A DNA stretch of 64,000 nucleotides, from the NCBI GenBank assembly GCA_964036045.1, contig OZ038378.1, positions 58,094,001-58,158,000 of the forward strand, read 5' to 3'. Of the stretch, positions 51,116-64,000 are shown in pieces. The notes beneath the pieces are model-generated. The model did not search any database, was not told the DNA's origin, and saw nothing but the letters and a program-made list of their open reading frames with translations. The translations under genes and the position numbers were made by a program. This stretch comes from Eutreptiella sp. 'Long Island Sound 2002'. Its lineage: Eukaryota; Protista; Euglenida. The number at the start of each line of letters is the position of its first letter. The first letter of the stretch is position 1.

Positions 51116-53450
51116 GGCATGCAGGGCGTGCCAGGGGGTTTACCCCTCTCTGTTCCGTTTTGAATGGGAACCATGGTACAGCGTTTTTTCAGGTCACGAT
51201 TCTCTTCAGAGCTCTGGCCTCTGTTAATCTTTTTGGTCGAGCTCGCACCCCTGCGTAGTGCTTAGCAACAATGCATGCACTGCAGCACGGTTTGGAGACA
51301 TGGACGCCAATCTGTGGATCCGGCCAGCTTGCGTGATCCGTCGAACTTATTTGTCGCATGCACCGCAGTGAGAGGAGACTGATAAAACGATCAGGAAATT
51401 TGTGGCTTCAGTTTGAGAGGAACCTGATTTAGTTGTGTGTGAAACCAGCCCCCACCCCTCCCAGTTGAAGCACGAAGCTACTAGGGTGCAGCAGGCGCGA
51501 GGAGGGCACTCCAAAGGCAGTGCATGAATGGCGCCATGTTAGTGCGCGCATAGTCAGGTATGCTTTGTGTCCTTTGGTGCCTTGGCACTTTTCTCTGGGC
51601 TCATTACCCGAACCCTCTCGCCGTGGACGCCTGTCCCTTTGCAGCTTCGGGCTTGCTACAGGGCGTGACGAGAGCAGGTGCTTTGCCCGATCTCCTCGAC
51701 CTTTCGCCACAACTCTGCCTGCCCCACGCGTTGTGATTGTGGGCCGCAACAGAGTCACTGGGGGTGGCGAGCTGATGCAATACCTAGTGTTTTGTATGTT
51801 GCAATACCTAGTGCATTGTATTTTGCGAAAATAAGGACCGCAGGGGTTAGATTGGGCAGCAGGGTCTGGGATTGATGGACAAATTAAGTGGACAACTCAG
51901 CTCCGCCCTTGAATTCGTCATCTCCGGCATGACACCTCCGTGGACAAATTGGTCCAGCTGCTGCAGCAGCTGGTAGGATCAGCCCGAGTTTGCGTGTGCG
52001 GCATAGCAGGATCGTCTGTCTGTTGGAGCGACAAGAAGCTCTTGGAGAGTCGATCCTGTCGTACATGCTGAAGGCGCCCATGGTCCCTCGGGGCACGCCG
52101 GTGATCAACGCCCTCATGAAGCAGCAGCGCGCTATCACCAATCTGCTGTGCGCGTTGGTGGGCCTGCCGGTGGATGGGGATATGATGCTGGAGCACAGGT
52201 TGCGCCTGTAGACGCCTCAACAGGCGGTTCTTGGACCACCCGTCAGGCTCGTATGGCCATTGGATGGGCGCGGCTGGTTAACCACTGTCCTGTGCTGGTG
52301 ACTCACTGTCCTGTACCCGCCAATCGCGGTTGGTTCGCCCACGGAGTGCCTCCGCCCCAGGGCAGGTGTAGGAAAGCAGGGGCAGGCGGGCACGGTGTCG
52401 GTTTGTGATTGCTCAGCATTTTATGGGCCGCTGTGCATTGTGCACTGCGCTCTGCGGCTGTGAGGCCGCCGAGCTGGGCTGAGGGAGTGGTACTGTGATC
52501 TATGCAAGCCCCCACCTCTCAGAGAGTCATTAGATATCACACACACACATACACACAAACACATACATGCATACAGCACAGCATTATCTCTTGCAGACTG
52601 CAGTAACCTTGTGTTCAAGGTGTGATGCGCCCTGCAGAGGCTGGACCAATTCCTTCTGCAAAGGGCGGCGCCGCCAACACACCACAGCTTGTCTTGGCAC
52701 ATACCGCAAGCGCACGCGCGCATACACACACACAAACACACACAGGCATGCAAGGCGTTCCAGGGGGTTTACCCCTCTCTGTTCCGTGTTGAATGGGAAC
52801 CATGGTACAGCGTTTTTTCAGGTCACGATTCTCTTCAGAGCTCTGGCCTCTGTTAATCTTTTTGGTCGAGCTCGCACCCCTGCGCAGTGCTTAGCAGCAA
52901 TGCATGCACTGCAGCACGGTTTGGAGACATGGACGCCAATCTGTGGATCCGGCCAGCTTGCGTGATCCGTCCTATGCTTTGTGTCCTTTGGTGCCCTTTT
53001 TCTGGGCTCATTACCCGAACCCTCTCGCCGTGGACGCCTGTCCCTTTGCAGCTTCGGGCTTGCTACAGGGCGTGACGAGAGCAGGTGCTTTGCCCGATCT
53101 CCTCGACCTTTCGCCACAACTCTGCCTGCCCCAGACGTTGTGATTGTGGGCCGCAACAGAGTCACTGGGGGTGGCGAGCTGATGCAATACCTAGTGTTTT
53201 GTATGTTGCAATACCTAGTGCATTGTATTTTGCGAAAATAAGGACCGCAGGGGTTAGATTGGGCAGCAGGGTCTGGGATTGATGGACAAATTAAGTGGAC
53301 AATTCAGCTCCGCCCTTGAATTCGTCATCTCCGGCATGACACCTCCGTGGACAAATTGGTCCAGCTGCTGCAGCAGCCGGTAGGATCAGCCCGAGTTTGC
53401 GTGTGCGGCATAGCAGGATCATCTGTCTGTTGGAGCGACATCTTGTAGAG
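35531..53450 (+). repeat. Tandem array of 11 units (~1.65 kb) each carrying the INO1 3' exon end, stop and downstream region
   Basis: Unit starts (gtcgatcctg) at 35531, 37174, 38819, 40464, 42109, 43764, 45411, 47070, 48733, 50402 and 52049. Length differences come from a variable (CA)n tract. The last unit is 1.4 kb. Confidence 0.97.
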
Positions 53451-54652
53451 CATTCTATTTTCTTTTTGCAGCAGCGACGTTGGTAGCAGGATGCGCAGCT
53501 TCTCACCGGATGTTGTTGTTGCCTCCTCGAGAATCCCCACGCCAAGCCCTCCAGATTGTTCACCTTTCTCTTCACAATTCACGTGGCACGGGAGGTTCCC
53601 TGCACCCTGCTGCAAAACTCCCCCGTCCCAAGAACGTCCGGTATTTTTTTGGAGGGGGTGCGGATGTGCCCTTGAGCCGGGGCTTCGGGAGCGTAAAGGG
53701 AGGGGATGTGGGTGGAGGTGGGTCGCTGGTTGCACTCTCCTCTACCCTGCAGCGCATTGATGTCCCAAGGCTTTTGCTTTGGATCGATTGCGGTCCCCGA
53801 GGATGGACGGGCGGGAACACAAGCAAGTGGTGAGCTCCATCCTTGTTCACAGGTGGTTCCAGAGGGCGGCACTCATGCCATCTAACAAGTGGTATGAGGA
53901 GGTGGACAAGCTATGCGCGGCCTTCGTCCAGCAACCCAAAGGGATGGTCCCCTGTCGGATTGGGAACCTGCTGAGTACCCCCATTGCAGAGCGAGGATGC
54001 CTGCATCGTTGCCCGCCACATCTGTTGCGTCGCTCCTTCAGGCGTGGCCCAAATACACTGCGAAGCCAGCAACATTCAAAAAATCATGCATGGGGTCTTG
54101 CGGATCCATTGCCTGCATGTTTGAGCTGGCAGTGTCACGGTCCAGGCTGCGACCCTCTTACCAACAGAGGCGCGGTTGACGAGTGCGGAGGGGCTTTTTT
54201 CCTCTTGCCTGAACTGTCTGCAACAAAAAACAAGACCCACCGCGTAAGTATCCAGCAGCATTGCCCCAGTGCACGAAAAATGAGAGTAGCCTGTGGAGAA
54301 TAGGACATTGCGATAGGCCATAATCCAGCACAGTGCAGTTTTGTTCTTTAGCAGCCCAAAAAGAGTTTCCCGGCAAATGGCGCCATGCATTGTGATGAAA
54401 CAATGTCATGCGTGCATTCTGTCCCCCCCCCCCATCTGAACAAATACGATGCATCATACACCGGAGCAAGGAAACCGAATGGGTGGCGTGTGGTGTGGTG
54501 TGGTGTGGTTTCCAACATCAATTTACCTTGTTTGCAAGAAATGTTCAAGTAGACAATGCCCTGGTAGTGCCTTGGTTTGGGTGCAGAAGCAAATGGTGGA
54601 ATGTGCAGGAGCTGCAGGTGGTACTTATGGATGACAAACCTGAAGGTTTTCA

Positions 54653-57600
54653 TTGGGTGGGTCTACAAGCTCAATCTTTGCTAACTCCAACAACCACAAA
54701 GCAGTCAGGGTCACAGTAATGAACCCATTGGGACCGCGGCCGGCGCCGCCACCGGTCATGGGCAATGTGTCGCACTGGCCCTCCTCGTTATTCCGCAAGT
54801 TTTCGCGCCACATGTCCCAATGGTCCAAAGCGCACTCCACTCACCAAGATCACATCATGCACCCACTAGACAGGGCGGACGCCATCATTGCCGCAGCGTC
54901 CGGCTTTGTACACGCACACCCCCGCCCACAGCCAGTTCAAGACGTGGTCGAACAACAGCTGGCTGACGAGTTGCACCGCGACCCTTCCTCCAAGAGGGCC
55001 CAGCAAGCCTGGGCGCACCACAGGGCGACCAATAATATGAAACGGGCCCAACGACACCTGCGGCGCTTCCGAAAATGCGCGGTACGCGGCCGCTCTACTT
55101 TCTTCAATGCCCTAAAGTGGTGGCTGATCACCCCCTTCCGCACGACTACCCCACAACCCGACACGACCTCGGCCGCCGAACACCTTCCGCACTTCGCGGG
55201 GGACCCACCATGGAGACCGGAAGAGGCCAAGGCTCTTCTTTCACAAGTCTTAAAGCCAGGACGACCAGTGAGCCCCGATCCTCCCTCCTGGCAATCTTTC
55301 ACAAAAGCGCTACGCCAACCCAAGAACAAGGCGGCAGGCATGGACCACGTGGCACCCCACCTGTACCAGTGGTTACCTAGGGAGCTACAGTGGGACCTAT
55401 ACATAGCAGTGCGCCATGTGTGGGAAAGCGGCGATGTGCCGCACCACTGGCTGCAGGCGAGAATAGCCATGATCTACAAGTCTAGCCCCCCTGAGGCGGC
55501 CCGCAGTTACCGGCCCATTAGCGTAGCCACGGGGATGTACACCCTTCTAGCCCGGCTCATATTGGACACCCTGCGAGGGCCCATCGACGCGGCGCTCTCC
55601 GACCCCCAAGCAGGATGTAGACGAGGCTATACCACATCACAACAAGCCCTCCGCATGTCGATGCTTTTACACCAATACGGGGACGGTGCGCTGGTATGCC
55701 TCCTGGACATCGCAAAAGCTTACCCCAGCATGCCCCACCTACGGACTCCAGTTGATTGGAACCCCAGCCCGCATCTACAACATGGTGGCTAGCATCTACG
55801 CGCACAGCACGGGGGTGTACGGAGACGTCCGTTTTCCGTTGCGTCGTGGCATCAAGGAGGGGTGCCCCCTGTCCCCAGCCCTTTTTGTTCTAGTGTATGA
55901 GGCCTTCCACCAGACTCTCACTAGAGAATTTCCCAACAGCACCATACTGGCCTATGTCGACGACATCGCCATCATCTCCCCGAGCCAACGGGAGATGCAG
56001 CACGTCCTGGAGCGCGTCAGTCAATTGTCTGCCATACTGGGCCTCAAGACGAACCCTTCAAAGACACAGGTGTACCGTTGGGCCCCACCCTCCCGCCGTC
56101 AGGGTGTGGCACGACGAGAGTCCCCGACCAGGGACACCATCACGTGGGGCGATGCGCGATTGCCGCTGCAACCCCCTATCTTCCACTACCTAGGTCACCT
56201 CCTGGCACATCCCACCTGGGACTAAAAGGCACGTGATGACTTCGTGGGGACGGCCGCAGCTGATCTGACGCGATACCAATACCTGCCACTGAACGCTTTC
56301 GAGCGGGTGCAGCTGCTGAACACCATCTTGATCCCACGGTGGACGTACCGCACCTTGTTTCTCCCCAACGACTCAATGTTCAAAGCCATGGACTCCATGT
56401 GCTTATGGCGGAGGGCATGGAACTCAATAAGGTCGACGTTCACAAATCATACAACGTCCTCCATGTCACTTCTCCTCACCGACTGGGCGGAATGGGGTTG
56501 CACCAACTGTTCTGGGCCCACAGGGCACGCTTCACCACAATGGTACAGAACACGTTACGTTCACGTCCGGGATCCATTGGCTGCAACCTTAGCAAAGAAT
56601 TGCCCTCCCGAGCGGTGCCTATTCGCAACTACTTGGCTATACTCACCCAACTAGGTGCTCGCACTGCACTCCACATAGCACTACCGCCGCGGCCGGCCGG
56701 GGGACCCAACCTCATCGACAGTGAAAGCTCCGATGACGGCGTCCTCTTGTCTGCCCGCAAGGAGCAGGTGGGGGATGCCCTCCACACGCGCCACTACATT
56801 GCCCCACACCGGTACCACGAAGACCCCTCGGCAGGCACGGTACCTGCGGGATACCACCCTGTCAACATCGCGGGCATAGCGTGCTACTCAAACAAGCAAC
56901 CGCCAACCGGAACGTCCCTATACTCCGATGGCAGCCTTCAAACCGTTCAGATTGCGGGCTCGGAATACCAAGCGGCGGGCGCAGCAGTAACAAAAGGGCC
57001 TCTTCGCATCCTCGCCCGGGTGGCGGGCCCACAGCAGTCCTACAGGGCTGAAATGTACGGAGCAGCCATCGGCGCGGCCATTGCATCTGACGGTGACACT
57101 CAATACATCGACAACATGGCCGTCACAAAATGCGCACACCGCCGACCCACGCACGAATGTTCTGACGCTGACATCCGCCACAAAGTGTGTGACCAAGTGC
57201 AGCACAAACGCGTCGCCGCGGAGTGGATCCCCAGCCACCGCCTTGAGACGGAGGCCCGTAACGCGCAGGAACGCGAACAAATTCGACGCAATGGGGAAGT
57301 AGACCTGCTCGCCAAGATGGCCACGCGCCTACCCGTGCCGGATTACGACCCCCAGCGCCCCGAAGATATTGCAATGTGCGACGGGCCCGCCCCCACTCCG
57401 GCGCGGAAATGGATCCTCCAACGGAGGCGCGTTGTCACTTTCGACGGTGCACACTGGGTATCCTGGCTGCCGATGCGCGGGGACCGACGTATGCTCTGGG
57501 TTAAATGGCTTTGGGGTCAGGTACGATGGGATGGGACGGGCGCGCCGTGGGACCATACCAACCCCAAATGCCCCATATGTCCCCTCCACCACGGTACCAC

Positions 57601-58564
57601 TGTCCACAAACGACTCATCCACTGCATGCGTTGGAAAGTCGCATTTCGCAACATGTGGCTTAGCACCTGGGGACCATGGCAAGATACGGTGACGGAATGG
57701 TGGAACAGGGCGTCAGCGGCAGACCTACACCATGTTGCCTGCCTTCGCATACCACAGTCCCTATGGGACCACATCCCCCGAACAATGCGGGTAGACCTCA
57801 GGGAGCGTGTGGCCTGGCACCAGTACCACGCCCTACATGGCGTATGCCAACTGCGCGGCCAACTCACCATGCCCCCCCGTGACCCACAGGTGCCGCCCAC
57901 GCCCTCCACGGCGGTGCCGGCATGGTACACAAAGCTGCGCTCACGAGCTGTACGACCGAACCCCACGGACTCTATCCTCCGCAATCAAGTAGGGTATACA
58001 GGGCCCCGGGAGAGAACACAGCGGCAGGATGGCCGCACCTCTCAAGAGACGTCCCACCGTAGGGCTGCGCGCACATGGGACCGGCCGCAATCGTACTACA
58101 CCCGGTCATGGGCGGTCAAATATCTCGACCAGTGCCTCTGTCCCACTGCCGCGGACCCAGGGGCGCAACACGTAGCTTCGGCAATGCAGTATCTGGCCCA
58201 GCCTTGGTTTCTGCATCAACGTGCCGTTCTCGGGGCCTCACTGATGGTTTCATACCGCGACATGCTAGAGGACCTGGTGCGGCAATCACGGCACTGGCAC
58301 ACCCTCCTGCGGCGTGCTAGAGTGTGGACCACCTCCGCAGACCAGCACTACCAGCGGCATGACCGAAGGGTCCAACTCTTTTCGGTGATGAGCCAGTTGT
58401 GGGCATCCGAGCGCGCGGCCCACTGGGTGGAGCCCCCTCTACCTAAACGCCACTGCCGCACAAGACCCGGCATCCTGGGCCAACGCCCGCCACCAGACAT
58501 GGCCCCTACAAAGCGACGAAAGCTTGTCACTCTTGAAGACCTGTGGGGAATGGCACACACGTGA
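54653..58564 (+). mobile_element. Non-LTR retrotransposon ORF2 (5' truncated): RT + RNase H + C-terminal Cys/His motif; 2 frameshifts, 1 stop
   Basis: KAAGMD, YRPIS, LDIAKAYP (55703), GIKEGCPLSP (55848), YVDD (55953), FHYLG. RNase H LYSDGS (56918)..QQSYRAEM..YIDN..WIPSH..RNGEVDLLAK. CPICPLHHGTTVHKRLIHC (~57570). Possible APE tail NHKAVRV at ~54690. Confidence 0.9.
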
Positions 58565-58659
58565 TGCAGCATGTTTAACCCCCTTAAATCTTACGCATTA
58601 TAGGCTTGCCATATGGCGTGGCGGTTTTGCCTACCGCAACAGAGAGCCCTCTGTTATAC

Positions 58660-59890
<1,231 letters not shown>

Positions 59891-60096
59891 AAAATGTGTG
59901 TGTGCAAGCAAATGGACAAGTGGGTATGTCGAGTTGCAATGGCAATATGAGACATAGTGACTCAAAGAAATGGGGTAGCCAAGGTGGACATTTTGACGCA
60001 CATGGCAAAGGTGTAGAACATGGTTGTGAATGCGGAGAATAATGTGATCCGGATTTTAGAAGATGCACAAGCCGGGAAATAAGGGGGGGGGGGGGG

Positions 60097-61400
60097 CAAA
60101 ATGCAATTTACACTGTGAATTACGTAAATTTTTGTAAATTGCTCAAAAAGTGGCGTACATTTCTGTAAATTTTTGTAAATTCGGTGTTAATTGAGGATCC
60201 CAAGTGCTTTGCATGTTATTAGATGTAGATTTAGGTGTGCAGGATGTCTAGAATTGTGAATGTTGAACAAGAATTTTTTGCATTCTTCTTTGATGTGTCA
60301 ACTTTTTCATTGCCGTGTAATGTGGGTGCGCAAGCAGTCGAGTCCGAAGAATTTGGGTGTTAATTCGGGAACCCGACTGCTTTGCATGTTATAAGATGTA
60401 CATTGACACATCTAGACATCTAGAAATCCACTTGCCTTTGGTGAAGCTGGCCGAGGTGTGCACGTTGTGGGTGAATTGCCTAGAGAGGATATCCTTCATC
60501 GTTGGTCTCGCTAACCAACATGGGGTTGAAGTATGTTCCATTTCTAGACACTTAGAGATTCCTACAATCCATTGCATTGTCGATGCCGAGGCCGTTTGAA
60601 GTTTTGCGCCGCGTATTGATTTTGCACGCCTACTTTGAAGAGCCGGTTGTATTATGTGCAGAAGCCAGTGAATAAACACACGGTGCAGTGGGAGGACAAG
60701 TGGAATTGGGTAAACAAGTCTGGAAGACATTTCGAGGATGAAGCATCGACGCTTAGTCAAGTTGAGGGGGTGGGTGCGAGGGCGGTAACTCCTTAGACGC
60801 ATGTGCTGAGCTGTAGACATCATGCTGCGATCCCAATTGCATGGGCTAGAGTTGTACATATAATTGACAGAGGTGTGGGTTTTCTTTAAAATTGCAAGCT
60901 GTTTTTGCTAGGGCACCTCATTCCCTGGGGAAGTTTTTGACAGTGCGCAGACACAAATCACTACTCAATTGAGGTTGCGTTGATCACTGTTGGCTTGAAT
61001 TCATTGTGCTCTGGGGCCTGTTTGCCGCAATTTTGAAGTAATTTGATATATTGCGTCCCCGATGCCCAGAATTTATTTTGCCTGGCAGGGTTTGACGGTG
61101 CGGTGTATGTTTTGTGTGTAGCAGTGATCGCTGTGCATACTTCAAGGCATTTATTGCATTCCTTGCCTGAAAAATTTGTGAAACTTTGGAAGAAACGTCA
61201 CAAGGCCCAAGCAACCAATCATCAAAACTTCACAACATTATTTTATGAGTTTTCCTGATGCGTTGAGTTGTTGAGTGACAATGTCTTTTTCTCAAATTTA
61301 CACTTTTTTGACGGAAATTTACGCCACTTTTGGGAAAATGTACACCAATTTACACAACCGGGGGGCCGGGGCCGAAAGCATTGTAAACCCCCGTAAATCC
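60097..61400. mobile_element. Probable non-autonomous DNA element with GTAAATT subterminal repeats
   Basis: Left gtaaattt repeats and aaaaagtggcgtacatttc (60147) are inverted relative to right gaaatttacgccactttttg (61314) and aatttacac repeats. Confidence 0.45.
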
Positions 61401-62816
61401 CCGGCTTGAAGTTGCAGTAAGAAGGAAACAGCTTTAGCACAGTAGGTAATAGGTAGCCTCTTCCTTCGTGCATCCTTACTGTTTCTGGCTATTTGCCACA
61501 TGCCATGGAGGAAGTAGTCATAGGTGCAATGGGACGAGGTGGCGGCGTTCAAATATGTTCATGCAAATGCTCAATCTGGGATCTAGCTTTGAATCACAAG
61601 CAGAGTTGTACCATTTCTTAAGGTAGTTAGTCCTAATAACACATAATACAGGGTTAGGGAAATCACCAAAGACAATTGCAGGCAGGTTTCTATTGCAATG
61701 CAATAGCAAAACAAGGCAGATTCATCTGTTGCACTCAGAGGCCAGAATCTGGTGGTGAGAGCTGAACAGGATCTTCAGGGGAAGGGGAAGGACAATCAGG
61801 TGAGGTATTGAGCAGGCTAGCCTGATCCTTAAAGCAGCACACAATAGGCGACAGGCGCTTTCAACTGCAGGCAGTCTGCAAGCAAGAAGGATTCAGTCTA
61901 ATTGTTAAATGTGAATTTGTGGACTTGCCTCCCTCTGGGCCATTAGACAGCCCATGTGACATTGCGGGGGGGCATTGAAGGGGATCATGCGCCTCTACCC
62001 AGTAGGTAAGCCAAGTGGCAGGACGATACGTTGTAGGTGCTGGTGACTTGGTTGATGTCGGTGTCAAGGGCTTGTTCTGAATACCTCCTTATCAGATGTG
62101 GTGCTGGTGGGGAGGGCTTCTGTTCGGTGTTCAAGTGGCAATGTGAACATGAACAGTCAAATGGACATGGGACACTGAGTAGGAACGATAGTTTCACGAC
62201 AGAGGAGTTTACACCTGCCAACTGCCACATGTGCAGAACTGCTAGGGCAGCTCCAACTTGCTTAGGGTAGGGGGGCATCCCATCCCAGACCCCTTACAGG
62301 GCGGGGGTGTCTGATACAAGGGGGGGGTCAAATGCAGTGAGATGGAATGGGGATACAAAAAGGTTGCGGCAAAAATTTCTTTGCTTTGTACGCTAAACAG
62401 TGATAGAATGGTACATTTTGTAGCATATGGTCCTGTGTGCATACAGTCTTCTCTTGTGCTTTGTGTGTTTGCTAATTGCACAACAACCTCCCTTGTAAGT
62501 TGTTTAGGAAAATCAGGAAACGGCAGACGACAAGTTTTTGAATCACCTCGAAGAGAGGTTGTTAGATCAAGCGCAGGCGCGTGCGTCATATACCCCCTTT
62601 TTTGGGGTCATTCGCGTAGCATACCCCAAGGCATGATATTGGATGTCCAACCCCTTGTAAAATCATTATTTTGCCCAATAAGAGCATCCCCCAATGGATT
62701 TTTTGATTTTGAGGCCTCTACCCCCTAAAACTGGATATCACTTTTTTGAGGGGGGGGGGTCAAAAGTTTTTGCTTAATAGGCTACCAGCAGTGGGGACGC
62801 ACGGCGCTGCTAACAC

Positions 62817-62990
62817 GGCCAGCGGTCCAATGGTAACGCAGCCGATACCAGCTGCGCAGGCGTCGGTTCGAATCCTGCTCCAAATACTTTTAGCGCCGCG
62901 GTCGGCGGCGGCTTCAAAGTGGGCGGACTGGGGTTCGAACCGCCGACCCCACGGCTGCTGGTCGGCCGCGTTGCCGCTCGGCCACTACTT
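62817..62990. mobile_element. Two convergent tRNA-like (SINE-type) heads
   Basis: Plus strand: aatggtaacgcag...GGTTCGAATCC (62865-62875). Minus strand: TGGCCGAGCGG A-box (~62974-62984) and GGTTCGAACCC B-box (~62931-62941). No complete cloverleaf. Confidence 0.45.
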
Positions 62991-63146
62991 GAACTGCGGT
63001 GAAGGGCCTCCCTGCTGCTTGGGGCCGCATCTGCCACTGACAAAAAACCCAAACTGTGTGTATCTGTCTGACTGCCTGCTTGCTGGCCCAGGGACTGATT
63101 GGCTGACTGTCAACCTCTCTTCGAGGTGCACTGCCGAAGGCAATAT

Positions 63147-63989
63147 AATTTTTTTCGGTATTGGATATTGGATGGATTGGCCAAAGGATAGAATTAACAG
63201 CTACCATCCAGAACGCACTGGGAATCAACAGCACAGAACAAAGCCAAAAAAAAAGGTGAACGAAAGAAGAAAGGGGCAACAAGTTCATTGCACACGCATT
63301 TTACCCTAGAGAAAAACTGTGCACAGGCATTTTTTCCCGATATACTACCCCCTGGTAGTGGGTGGAAAAAGGACCCCTAGCCAGAAATTTTCTTTCCACC
63401 CCCCCACCCCCCCCTGCCCCAGACAATCCCACACCCTCACAGCCCCTTGTAGCCATCTGAAACCACCCGCAATTAGAAGCAACACCAGCAGCACCATCCA
63501 CAAGGCACAAGGAATTTACAGTAACCATCCAGAAAGCACCATGAATTATCAGCAACCATCCACAAGTCACCAAGAGTTAATAGTAACTATCCTCACGCCA
63601 CAAGGAATCGACAGCAACCTGAAGCCGTCCACCACAAGTGCACAAGCACAAATTCTGTTCTTCGCACATTGTGTGCAAGAAAAAAGTTCAAACCTCAGCC
63701 GCTGCTCTGTAATGCAGCCTATGCGTGTGCGATACAGCCCCCCGTGCCCCAGACAATCCCACACCCTCAAAGCCCCTTGTGGCTTCAGGTTGCTGTCGAT
63801 TCTTTGTGGTTTCAGAATAGTTACTATTAACTCTTGGTGACTTGTGGATGGTTGGTGATAATTCATGGTGCTTTCTGGATGGTTACCGTAAATTCCTTGT
63901 GCCTTGGTGGTTTCGCTGTTAATTCCCAGTGCGTTCTGGATGGTTGCTGTTAATTCTATCCTTTGGAACAGACAATACCGAAAAAAATT
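63147..63989. mobile_element. Foldback-type element with long inverted arms built of ~32-bp subrepeats
   Basis: 63147-63232 pairs with 63915-63989, and 63506-63625 pairs with 63781-63903. The subunit ggaat..acagcaaccatcca recurs. Direct repeat cccagacaatcccacaccctca at 63418 and 63748. Confidence 0.75.
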
Positions 63990-64000
63990 CAAAAACTTGT

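Noticed and set aside
37115-52211. Ten 73-aa ORFs (MRVRHSRIVC...EHRLRL) as separate genes
   Set aside because: They start at a GTG in non-coding junction DNA and only their last 54 codons are INO1-derived; they are by-products of the tandem array.
35531-53450. CRISPR array or pure assembly artefact
   Set aside because: Units are 1.65 kb with no repeat-spacer structure. Shared, patterned variants between units argue against simple collapse or expansion, though reads are needed to exclude it.
53451-54300. Possible exons of a downstream host gene (pyrimidine tract + AG at ~53455-53471, ~53750, ~53850)
   Set aside because: No recognisable protein and no consistent exon chain could be built.
58575-58590. 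piggyBac-like end TTAA-CCCCTT
   Set aside because: No matching AAGGGG-TTAA partner end was found in the window.
61440-62730. Transposase remnant in the fragmented minus-strand ORFs
   Set aside because: The text is protein-like in places, but no diagnostic motif could be identified.

Overview
Repeat-rich eukaryotic genomic DNA. It is possibly euglenozoan, inferred only from a trans-splice-like acceptor next to the one host gene. That gene is an intact 4-exon myo-inositol-1-phosphate synthase (INO1/MIPS, 30895-35693). The last 54 codons of INO1 plus about 1.5 kb downstream are amplified as an 11-unit, ~1.65-kb tandem array (35531-53450). The most unusual object is a ~6.1-kb decayed DNA transposon present twice (20-6102 and 15776-21967). 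It has CAC-starting imperfect terminal inverted repeats and three co-oriented minus-strand pseudogenes: a RAG1/Transib/CMC-like DDE transposase, a gene ending in a TET/JBP-like 2OG-Fe(II) dioxygenase domain, and a gene with a second 2OG-Fe(II)-like domain plus chromo-like and Cys-rich segments. In copy 2 each gene is preceded by a cluster of GCGATAAC/TTAGAGC motifs; copy 1 has lost one cluster. The rest is decayed LINEs (one with an internally inverted RT, one with RT plus RNase H), nested MITEs, tRNA-like SINE heads, a foldback element and microsatellites. All domain calls come from reading motifs by eye, with no database search.
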